Below are positions 11,198 through 21,405 of a stretch of DNA of 64,000 nucleotides, piece after piece. Every line of letters starts with the position of its first letter. Position 1 is the first letter of the stretch. The notes below the pieces were generated by a model. That model made no database searches, was not told the DNA's origin, and saw nothing but the letters and a program-made list of their open reading frames with translations. The translations under genes were made by a program, and so were the position numbers. Source of the stretch: Selaginella moellendorffii (lineage: Eukaryota > Plantae > Lycopodiophyta); NCBI RefSeq assembly GCF_000143415.4, contig NW_003314262.1, positions 6,080,771-6,144,770 of the forward strand, given 5' to 3'.

Positions 11198-13261
11198 CTA
11201 AGTGGCGGGAATTTGAATGCTGTGGAGAAGCACGTAAGGCGCGGAGTTCTTGGCATCGAGGCTAAACGCTTGCCTGGCGGCGTGCTTGGCGAGATCCGGG
11301 TTTCCATGGATCTTGCAGGATCCCACCAACGTCGTCCATGAAATCCCATCTCCGGATTGCTGCTGGATCATCTCCCGGGCCCTGTGGAGCTGCCCAGATC
11401 GCCCCAGGATATCGACTAGGGCTCGTCGATGTTCCAGGGTCTCCTCGATGCTGTAGTCCGATCGCATCGATTCCAGGCAGCTGGAGCAGCGATCGATCAT
11501 CCCGGCGTGGGCGCAGGCTGTGAGGACGCTGCTGAAGGTCACATCGCTGGGTTCCAATCCCTCCATTGCCATCGCCAGGAAGAGCTCCAGGCTCAAAGCA
11601 TGGTGCCCATTTAGCGCGTAGACGGCGATCATCGCGTTCCACGATATGAGATCCCGCCACGGCATTTGATCGAAGAGAGCTCTCGCCGATTCGATCCGGC
11701 TGTTCTGCCCCAATCCGGCAATGAGCGCGTTCCAGGCGACGAGATCGCGGCACGGCATGGCGGCGAAGAGCGCGATCGCGGAATTGAAGTGGGCGAAATG
11801 GGCGTAGCCAGCAATCAGCGACGTCCACGACACCACATCCCAGTGTGGCATTCGATCGAAGAGCTCTTGCGCCTCGTGGAGCCTCCCGGCTTGCGCCAGC
11901 GCGGCCACCATCGCCGTGGAGAGGATCACGTCTCGGCTAGGAGAAGGGAACCCCTGATAGAGCTCGATCGATTCTTCCAAGAGTCCGATCTGGGCATACG
12001 CCGCCAGGAGCGCCGTGGTCGCCATCGCGTCGCGCTCGGGCATTCGATCCAGCAGGCTCCTCGATTCCTCCAGCTCCCCGTGCTGGGCATAGCCCGCAAC
12101 GATGGTGTTCCAGGAGATTTGATCCCGCCGCGGCATCCTCTCGAACAGATCCCTCGCGCTCGCGAGATCCTGGCGCCGCGCGTAGCCGGAGATCATCGCG
12201 TTCCAGCTGACGAGATTGCGCTGTTCCATTGCATCGAAGAGAGCCCTGGCAGCAGCAAGATCACCGCTCTCGCACAACCCAGTGATCACTGCATTGCACG
12301 ACACGACGCAGTGTCGTGGCATTCGATCAAACATCGCCATCGCCTCGCCGATTCGATCGTTCTGCGCATACGCCGACAGCATCGCCGTCCAGGAGATCAA
12401 ATCACCATAGGGCATCTCGAAGAACACGCGCTTGGCATCTTCCAGATGCCCATTCTGGGCATATGCCGCAAGCATGGTGTTCCAGGAAACTATATTCCTC
12501 TCCGGCATCCACTCAAACACGTATCGCGCTTTCAGGATATTCCCGTAATGCCCGTGTGCCGCGACCATAGCCGTCCACGAAACGACGTCGCGAAAAACCA
12601 TACGCTTGAATATGCCTAACACGGTTTCCAGATGCCCGGCATCGGCATTTGCTGCAAGGAGGGCATTCCACGCTACTAAGCTGTGCTCCGGCATCTTTTC
12701 CAAAAGAGAATCTCCCACTGCAAGATGCTTGTTCTCTACGCACCCGCAAATCATCGCGTTCCACGTGGCAACGTTCCACGCCGGCATGCCATCGAAGATT
12801 CTTCTAGCCTCGTCAAGATACCCGGCCTGGGCATATGCTCCGAGCATCGTGTTCCACGTCACCACGTCCCTCTCCTCCATCTGATCAAAGAGATCCCGGG
12901 CGTCCGCGAGCCGTCCATTTTGGATATACGCTGCCATGAGAGTGTTCCAGGAGACGAGGTTTCTCACTGGAGGAGGAATCTCTCTAAAGACACGCTCTGC
13001 GTTGCGGAGATCTCCATTTTGCGCGTAGCCGGACATCATGATGTTCCACGAGAAGGCATTGCGAGCTTGGATGCTGGAGAAGACCTCGAATGCTTGCTCC
13101 AAGCTCCCACACTTTGCGTACATTTCCACCAGGAGGTTCTTGAGCAAGAGATTGTTCGCGAGATCGCTGCGCTCCACCTGAGCGTGAACCTCTCTTCCGC
13201 CGGACAAATCCTTGCAATCCCGGCAGCGAGTTATGCGCTGCGCAAATTCCTGGAGCGCCAT
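11198..13261 (-). CDS. PLS-class PPR protein with E domain
   Basis: ~687-aa intronless ORF from ATG 13261; PPR repeats; ends SAPYVLLHSI. Confidence 0.9.
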   Translation of the reverse strand: MALQEFAQRITRCRDCKDLSGGREVHAQVERSDLANNLLLKNLLVEMYAKCGSLEQAFEVFSSIQARNAFSWNIMMSGYAQNGDLRNAERVFREIPPPVRNLVSWNTLMAAYIQNGRLADARDLFDQMEERDVVTWNTMLGAYAQAGYLDEARRIFDGMPAWNVATWNAMICGCVENKHLAVGDSLLEKMPEHSLVAWNALLAANADAGHLETVLGIFKRMVFRDVVSWTAMVAAHGHYGNILKARYVFEWMPERNIVSWNTMLAAYAQNGHLEDAKRVFFEMPYGDLISWTAMLSAYAQNDRIGEAMAMFDRMPRHCVVSCNAVITGLCESGDLAAARALFDAMEQRNLVSWNAMISGYARRQDLASARDLFERMPRRDQISWNTIVAGYAQHGELEESRSLLDRMPERDAMATTALLAAYAQIGLLEESIELYQGFPSPSRDVILSTAMVAALAQAGRLHEAQELFDRMPHWDVVSWTSLIAGYAHFAHFNSAIALFAAMPCRDLVAWNALIAGLGQNSRIESARALFDQMPWRDLISWNAMIAVYALNGHHALSLELFLAMAMEGLEPSDVTFSSVLTACAHAGMIDRCSSCLESMRSDYSIEETLEHRRALVDILGRSGQLHRAREMIQQQSGDGISWTTLVGSCKIHGNPDLAKHAARQAFSLDAKNSAPYVLLHSIQIPAT

Positions 13262-13444
13262 TGCTTTGATCACTTGGAACCAACTTTGGATCCATGACCC
13301 CTGTAACTTTCACAGGAAAAATCGTTAAGAAGCTCGCAAGTTTTAACTAACTCCTACTTCAAATAAAACTTAGAAAAAACGCTACAAACGAAGACAAAGA
13401 AGAGATAGAAACTTATCTATGAGAGTACGTAGTAAGAGATCATA

Positions 13445-14693
13445 CTACTCGGCGTGAAAGACTGGCCCCTGTTCGATCAAGCAAAGTGAGCTGCGAAGAA
13501 AACGTAACGGAGGCAATACGTACCGAGAGGGTATATCGTTCGTATGTGTGAACTAGCTTGTCATACTTGAGCGTCCAAGCTTCCGTGAGCTTCTTCTCCT
13601 TCATCTCCGCGTCTCTCTCGAGATTGGACACCAGCTCGCTATAGTCCTGCTCCACCTTCTGTAAAAACTGCTTTTTCTCCTCCTTGAGAGCTTTCACTCT
13701 GGCGTCCACCTCCTGGATCTTCTGGCGCTGCTTCTCGGCCTTCTCACACTCCAGCTGCTGCTTGAGTTCCTTGAGCTTCGAGCTGATCCCCTTCTTCTGC
13801 TGAATCCAGTTCTCTCGCTGCTCTCTCAGCTCCTTGAAAAGCTCAAACATTGACAGATTCGAGCCTTCGTTGTTGTCGCTTGACTCGGAAGCTGGATCCA
13901 GGCAGTCGAGCCCCTCGTCGGCTGTCCGCGAAGAGGACAGAGACAGCGACGATTCAGTGAGCGTCGAGGCGATCTGGATCTCCAGCTTTTTCGGGATCCA
14001 CTTTGGCATAGTCACGCCAGAAGTCGCCACCACCTCCATTGGGAACTGCTTCTGGAAGGTCGTAGACGGTCCCAGAGTGAGCAGCGTTTCATCCCCGGAC
14101 AAAGCCTCGGTGGTGGTAACTCCAGACGCATTGTTTCCAAAGTGATCCTGGCATACTGTCGGCGGCCCGCATATGTCATTCGCATCTGGTGTCGACGTAG
14201 AAAACGCAGGAGCCCCGTTGACGCAGAGATCAGGCGTGCTCGAAAGGAAAGGCCTCGAGAAACCCGGAGCTAGAGCTTGAAGATGCATCGCTTCCATGAC
14301 CATGCTGTCACAGTTTCCCGTCGCTGCATGGGTGCTCAGTAACTTCTTCTTGTCCTTGATCAAGCGTTCCTTGTAAACCTCCCACCACTTGCCTAGGCGT
14401 TTAGCTGTTCGTCCCGGAACTTCGGCCGCAATGCGCTTCCATTTGTTGCCGTACTTGGTCTGGAGCTTGATGACAAGCTGCTGTTCTTCGTCTGTGAGAG
14501 GCCCCTTCTTGATCCCAGGTTTGAGATAGTTCTTCCACCTTTCGTGGCACGACTTGGGATCTCGGTCGAGCGGTTCACCCATCCGCTCGGAGATGAGGTT
14601 CCAGTCGTCTGCCCCATACTGTGTCACGTAAGCGCATAGAATAGCGTCTTCCTCGGGCTGCCAGCGTTGTCTATCTTTCGTTGCGATTGACAT
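13445..14693 (-). CDS. ARP: ARP (AS1/RS2/PHANTASTICA) R2R3-MYB transcription factor; probable small 3' intron 13523-13469
   Basis: KDRQRWQPEED..SCHERWKNYLKPGIKKGPL..GNKWKRIAAEVPGRTAKRLGKWWEVYKE is diagnostic of ARP, plus a C-terminal coiled coil; the unspliced ORF would end at 13440. Confidence 0.93.
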
Positions 14694-15141
14694 TTTCACA
14701 AATCCTGAAAGAGTAAACAAATGCCACCATTTGTTTAGAAAAAAACATTGAGGCGTTACCTTCTCGTGCTGTCTTTTTGCAAAGGTTGACTACATCTTCA
14801 ATGGAGAAAAGAACAGGAAAAAAAAAAGAGAGAAAAAAAACCTGGCCAGCAGAAAAAAGAAGAGGAAAAAAGAAACAAGGAAACTAACGTGAACTCCAGG
14901 GCACTAAGGAACAAGAACAATCAAAGTTTACAGCTATTTTACCGCGATCTTTGATACTAAGAAGAAGATGACGAAGAAACGCCATAAACGAGAAAATACT
15001 GGCCAGGTGAACTTCGATGCGGATCACATACTACTATGATCACCACTCACCGAGGAGAAAACGCAAGAAAACCACGACGAGTTTAGCTACCCGAGGACAA
15101 GACTATCGCACTTACTTCTACATCCATGGCTGGTCACGAAC

Positions 15142-15803
15142 TTAGCGGACTGCCATAGCTCCAACTCAAGCCAAGTTCTAAGTATATACACCAACAACGC
15201 GACGCAACATTGTTACACAAAAAACGCGAGCGATTTAGCGCATAGCCGCCATGACTGAGCAAGCAAGCACAAAAAAATTTAACGACAGGCCCTGGTAAAA
15301 AAAACCCGAGGAAATTAGCGACTGAGAGACGCCATACTTTCGATTGTTTAAGGCAGGAAAAACACCATGGAAAGAAACATCAACTTTAACGAAAGGCAAG
15401 CATCTTTTCTGTTCTTTCTTCTCGACTTTAGCGAGTGAAACGAGCCATGGGAATTGAGCTCAAAAACTTAGCGACAAGCTGCCATGGATGGAGCGAAGAC
15501 GCTGTGACTTAACGAAATCCAGCCATGGAACACGCCGACTTAACGAATGGAAATGTCAAATCCAGCCATGGAACGCACCGACTTAACGCGTGATAGACAT
15601 GATCGGGGGGCAGGGTTAAGCAATTCTAGCGCAGCATGGCGAGATTTCACACACAGAGAGCTCTAGCGGCCGAGAGACGCCATAAGGAAATCCTTCCTCT
15701 AGCGGATTGCCACAGCCATAGAATGCAATGCAGATCCGGGGTTAGCGACACACAGACATGGCGAGCGCCGGATAATTGGAGAGATTTAGCGCAGTGGAGC
15801 CAT
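15142..15803 (-). promoter_or_regulatory. Array of 17 periodic micro-uORF units (14 intact ATG...Arg-stop) upstream of ARP
   Basis: Intact units: 15803-15786, 15759-15742, 15719-15699, 15683-15663, 15637-15626, 15600-15583, 15569-15540, 15526-15509, 15485-15468, 15448-15428, 15403-15386, 15335-15315, 15252-15235, 15156-15142; each is in frame and ends CGY-TAA/TAG. Confidence 0.8.
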
Positions 15804-15899
15804 CTCGCTACACAGATTCAGGAAGAAGAGCTTATCTGCGAAGAAGATGAATCGCCGCACCAAAAGAGACGCCACAGCCTCCAAACGCGCACAAGAACA

Positions 15900-15980
15900 C
15901 GGTGAGTGAGGGGTAGGGTTCTCTATTTCTTTTCAGTGCGGGCAATTACCGTGGAAAATGTGGCGAATGGGCCAAGATTG
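15900..15980 (-). promoter_or_regulatory. Likely promoter/TSS region of the uORF-array/ARP transcript
   Basis: Telo-box-like AACCCTA (minus strand, ~15914-15920) and site-II-like TGGGCC (~15968) just upstream of the first unit. Confidence 0.35.
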
Positions 15981-18900
15981 TACGCGTTCGTACACTGACC
16001 ACTGCTCTTGTATATTGGTGTATTCTGACCGGACGCGTGGCGGTGGCATCTAAAGGAAAGACAAGATCCATACGGAAAATCTGGTTACTTTTAAAACTTG
16101 AACTCGGTTTCCTTTGGTTAAGAACAAAGGCATTTGTTAACAGTCTCAGTTTGATTTAATATTTAAACGAAAAATCTAAAAATAAATAAGTGAATGATAA
16201 TATTTAATAATAGCATCAAAAAATATAATCTTAATCTCTCTAAGAAAATAATTGAAAATTAGGTTATTAAAAATCATAGTAAAAGAGTAGCAAGCTATGG
16301 CAACAAATATGTAATTGCATATGGGTGCATTTTTTATTTACACATGTGCAGATATTTGTTTTTGGTTTTCAATTCCACACAATCCTAGTTTGATTGTTAT
16401 ACATCATTTCGCTACAATTATATATCACAATATGATTATGTGCATTATAACATTTGTATGCAAAATAGTATACCACATAAATAAACACTTCATGCCACAT
16501 GTGCAGCCATGTCATCTCTTTTTTGATAGCAAGATTGTGCACTTAGGCTTATCTAATATGCTATACAGCACTACAATCTTTATCAATTCATTAATAACTT
16601 CATCCCATCACCTAGTGCTGGCATGGGATTTAATTCTTTTATGTCAAACCTTTGTTCTTAGTAAAGAGATTGAATGCCCTGTTGCAATATATGTAGCATT
16701 TGCAATTCTTTTTTGTTCTAGAGTAGATTAACACCTTTGCAAATGCATGTTTAATGTATTAGAAGCTCCAACATAATGATGGCATTGCCAAATTAGTGCA
16801 ATTGGCGGTTGATAATAGCCAGTACATGGAGTCTCATGGCCAACATTTGATGGGTAGTACCTTTAATGCCTAATCAGCTTTGCTTCTAATTCAGTTGAAT
16901 TTAGCCACACATTCTTGCCAACTTAAAAGACAAAGTAGAAGATGCTAACATGGCAATAAACTAATAAGGATTAAGAATTCGTACTTGGACATGCATGCCA
17001 ATATATACATATGCATTGAATAAAAATATTTGTGAGAAACAGTTTAAGCACACATGTCTTTTAAATTTATATATTTTGCAAGCTAATACATTGTTTGACC
17101 AGGCCACCCACCCCAGGTACACCTCTCCTTAAAGAGGTGTAGTTTCCCTCAAAACATGCAAATCACAAATTATTTGCTATAATTATCCTTATCAAATATT
17201 AAAATCTTTAATTTTTATTGTTTTGATTGGTTCTAAACAAGAGAGAGAGAGAGAGAGTAAAGTCCTTTGGTATTTTTACTGTTAAAATTAAAATTAAGAT
17301 TCTTTGGGATTGTAAAAGTGAACAATTGAAAATTAATATCTATATTTATAATTATATTGACTTGTATAAATGGAAAAAGAAAATATAAGTTAGATTTTCC
17401 ATAAAGATCTTGTTGGAGATGCCCGTCCCAATACACAAGAGCAGTGGCCAGTGTACAATATTGGCCCATTCACCACATTTTCCACAGTAAATTGCCTGCT
17501 GACAAAAGAAAAAGAGAACCCTACTCTCTCACTGTGCTCTTGTGCACGTTTGGATCATCTCTTTTGGTGCAGCGATTCTTAAGCTTTTTCTGGTATTTTC
17601 CTGAATTGGTAGTAAATGAACGGAACATAAAAGCAAAAAGTATACAACCTGATTGTTGCCCCTCTAATTTCTTCTTGCTTGTTGGATTATTTCCCCTTCT
17701 TTCTTTCCGTCTTGTCTCTTGGATCCCTTGGAGGATGTATTTGGCTTTATAATTTCTTTGTGCAACCGGGTGCTTGCTTGATTTCGTCATCCCAGGACAC
17801 TTTCATGGGCACAGCTTCCATGTGATTAAGCACTGATTTGATGGTGCTTTCCTTCCTTTTTCAACTTCAAATATAAATTCTATAATATTTATCCTTCTAT
17901 TTAAGAACAAAGTGGGCCATGAAAGAAAACCTTGCAGCACATACTTTCGTATGCGACCATGACAGGATTCTCATACCAATTGATTGCACCAATTTCTAGA
18001 GAGAGAGATCACGCACTGACCTTCTGCACATTCTCATGAATTCATATATATTGTTTATACGGTCTTGTAGCACCCACCATGAAGCATGAGATTTTAAAGA
18101 AGATTGTTGTTGCATTGCTCCACGAATGAGAATTCGAGAATTTCTGAGAAGAGTGGCTAGAAGAAATTAACCACAATTTGGAACAATGATAAGAAAACTA
18201 ATATGATTACAAAAAGTTTTTAAGAGCTTAAAATCTCAGCCGTTAGATTGCCAAATATCTTAGGTGCTTAATTCAATCCTTTAAAAACTATAAACAGAGT
18301 TTAAAGTAATCCAAATGGGAATCAACCTTTTTACAAGTTATAATATTCTACAAATGGTCATGAAATATTTGGAGGTGCTGGGTGATCTGTGCCTTCTCTC
18401 ACTCTCTTTTTCTTTTCCTCAAGAGCTCTCTATGTGCTCACAGCTCACAGTGTTCTTAACTGTGCCGGGGAGCCTCATGTCAGTGGATGGCATCGGTGTG
18501 GTGAAGCTACCTTCTTCTTTCCAGAGGCCCGGACGAAGGCATCCACGGAGCAACACTCTGGAAATGGTGTCCAAATCCTCAAACTTTTGATCGTTCCTCG
18601 GAAGAGTTTACTTTGAGTGGAGCCCAACTTGCTCCGGGATGCCGGCGTAGAATTTCATTGCGTTGGCTTTGCCGAAGGCTTGGATCTGTGACCAGATTCC
18701 GGCCGCGATGGGCAGGCAGCTCACAGTGTCTTGTCGTTGAAAGGACCGGGCGGCAAAAACACACCATCCTGGAAAACAATTTCTAGAGTTCTTTACCCAA
18801 GCAAATGCTATATAGTGTGCGCAAAAGCGTGCCAAGGTTCCCAGGATCCTGTAGACAAACTCACCATTTGACAACTTTTAGACAAGGGCCTGGAATCTGC

Positions 18901-21039
18901 GCCTGGTCCCGGGCAGCGAAGACCAGGGCCTCTGACTCAGCGCGTCGGGGCTCGCAACATCCCACGGTTCCAATGCCCCGGACACAAGAGCGATCATAAG
19001 TTTCTTCACCAGGATTGGGACGAAACAAGTTTTGTCATCTCCTGCTCCCGGAAGCGGCAATGGCTCATGCGGCCGTTTGATGCGTGCCGATCATCGCTCT
19101 CCAAGGGAAGGAATTGGGGGGCGATTCCGATCGAAAAACCATCCTCGCGCGATCCAGGCTCCAAGCTGGCACGATGTCAGTAACAAGCTAAGAGTATCTC
19201 TTACTTACCAGAAGAAAGAAAAGATGAGCATGGATTCGCTGGTGTGGAACTGCTCCCTCCCAATTCCCAGTGCTCAATGCCGCACACACCAGAACGATGA
19301 TTAATTGATTGTTAAGAAAACAATCAAAAAAGAAAAAGAATATGCTCAAAATGGATCAGATATTTAAACACTGGAAGGGGGACCAGAGTTGGAAAGTCTC
19401 ACCGTACGACGAGAAGCAATTCCTCGAGGACTACGTAGCTACCCTGCCCCGTCCTGGGTGAGAGCTTACGATTAGAAGTCCATATCCTAGCATTTACTTC
19501 CACAGGGTCACGAATCGGCCACAGCGACCAGGGGAGTTGGTGTTTTTGGCTGCTGGCTCGGTGATGGACGCGTATCCCGTGCTAGACTCGAAGCTGGAGC
19601 AAGCGGCACGGAAGCCATGGGTTGTCTACTGCGTCTTGCTCTTCCACACGCACCTTGTGGCATTCCTCAAGTGGGAGCGCCACGCTGATGGTAGGGTGAC
19701 GAGGGAAACGTGTGAGTCGGTGTATAGTTTCCACCGTAGAGATGCAAGGAAAGATATCGGGCCGGCGATTCATACCATGGTAAGCGAAGTGAATGCAACC
19801 AGATTGAAAGTTGAATCGGCTTACACCTGTATCTACTGGTATGACGAGAATAAATATCCGCCCTATGTCTGCTGAGTTTGCGGGCCCTGTACAGCCTCCC
19901 AATCGCAACGGACTGCAGAGGTTCTTGATCTCAAATCACTGGCTAGCAGCACGCTCTAGAGAAGTGGCTGAAAGTATCGAATTTTCAATCCAGTAACCAT
20001 CTGAACCTGCATAAAAAAGCGCCAGTAAGCAGGAAAGAAATAGGTCGCTCTTCTTTTCGATCAAGAGAGCGGTGGATGGAACTCTCTCGTTGGCTATGCA
20101 GCGTTCCAACGCCGAGAATGGTAAGGGATACAACGGTTGCTTGTTTCGTGGAGAGCAGTCACCGTGGCCGCTTCGGTCGGGTACCATCAAGTGCTCCCCT
20201 TCTTCTATGGCTTTTTGTTCGCATGCCTCAAAACTTCATGGCATATTATTCTGTTGTATAGCTTCTGTTTTTTCATGTTTTTCGAAAACCGGTTTTTTTC
20301 TTTCCATTTGGATGCCTGCTTTCCAGTAAATTTGGGCACGAAAAAACACAATATTGCTCAAAAGGTGGTGGTTTTTGGTATGGTTGTTCTATGATGTCCG
20401 GTAGAAAGAAGAAAGAAAATGATTTTATGGTCTCCGTGGCGGCCTGTGGCGGACCGTGACTTCGTGTTGGAGAACTCGTATTTTGTCACGTCTACTGGTA
20501 CCGGAACTCTGGATCAATGTCTTGTAGGAGTTGGCACCTCCGGTCTCCAAGATGTTGGAGAAAGTACGCCAGGGGGTACCGTCGGAGAGGAACCGAGCCA
20601 CCGAGAGACTGTGAAAATCCAGCTCAGGGAAGTATATGGGAAGGCGCAAACATCACATGGTGTGGATCTTCTACCCCTCAGCAGCACAGCGGGCATTGGC
20701 ATTCCTGCCATGGCCGAGCAAGCAAGTGCCTTGCGTGCAGCCCCAGAGAGTTGTAGACCTACCTTGTCGTGTTGACATTCTCCAGGTAGAAACTGAATTT
20801 CTTCTTCCTCGAGCTCACTTGGAATATGCTGGGCAGAGTGCCCTAGGTATAAGAGTGCCCTATCCCACATGCCCAAGCTCAAGTGCTTTCCTTTGATATA
20901 TAACGGCTCGCGAAGATGATTATTGTAAGAGCGCGCCCGCTTCAAGGTGGGAGTCAGCACGGTGTTATCCCCGGAGGGGGATGATGACGTGGTTGATAAT
21001 GCGGGGCACATCGCGTCAGGCGGGTAACCGAGCATCGCT

Positions 21040-21132
21040 ATAGCTCTAGCTCTCGCCAGTGAAGGGATCACGCGCTTTTTTTTCTTATCTTTTCAACGCG
21101 CGATCCCGTTCATACTGAGGGCTAGAGTTTAT
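21040..21132. other. Imperfect inverted repeat / ~30-bp-stem hairpin
   Basis: ATAGCTCTAGCTCTC..TGAAGGGATCACGCG pairs with CGCGCGATCCC.TTCA..GAGGGCTAGAGTTTAT around a T-rich loop. Confidence 0.5.
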
Positions 21133-21405
21133 GAGCAGGAGTAGGCTAATCAATGATCCAACAAAGGTAGCACAACTTTAGACATCCTAAATTTCTTCTT
21201 CAGAAAAATAGTCCAAACTTTCACCAGCGAAGACCTCTGGACTGACTCCAACTTCTGCCCCGAATGGCTCCAAGAGAAACTCGTGAGCTTGGAAGAACTC
21301 GCTTCAAAACAAGTCCATCCCCGCAAGTAAGTTTTATTGATCTAGTTTCGAGTTTGATACTAGCTCTACGATATCGAACAGGCTCTTAAACTCTACGATG
21401 AGAGA

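Noticed and set aside
15540-15569. MAGFDISIR resembles the mammalian AdoMetDC uORF peptide MAGDIS
   Set aside because: Explained by an in-frame indel relative to neighbouring MAGFR; too short to imply homology
15142-15803. Reading the array as CRISPR-like or as MYB-binding sites (TTAACG/TTAGCG plus CCATGG)
   Set aside because: Eukaryotic context, no fixed repeat and no cas genes; the distance between the two motifs varies but always by multiples of 3, which DNA binding would not require. A cis-element role is not fully excluded
15636-15905. 89-aa plus-strand ORF over the uORF array
   Set aside because: No recognisable domain; the structured signal (start, Arg-stop, frame) is on the minus strand
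18315-21071. Several 60-185-aa ORFs in a mixed-GC region
   Set aside because: No recognisable motifs or consistent exon chain; possibly decayed genes
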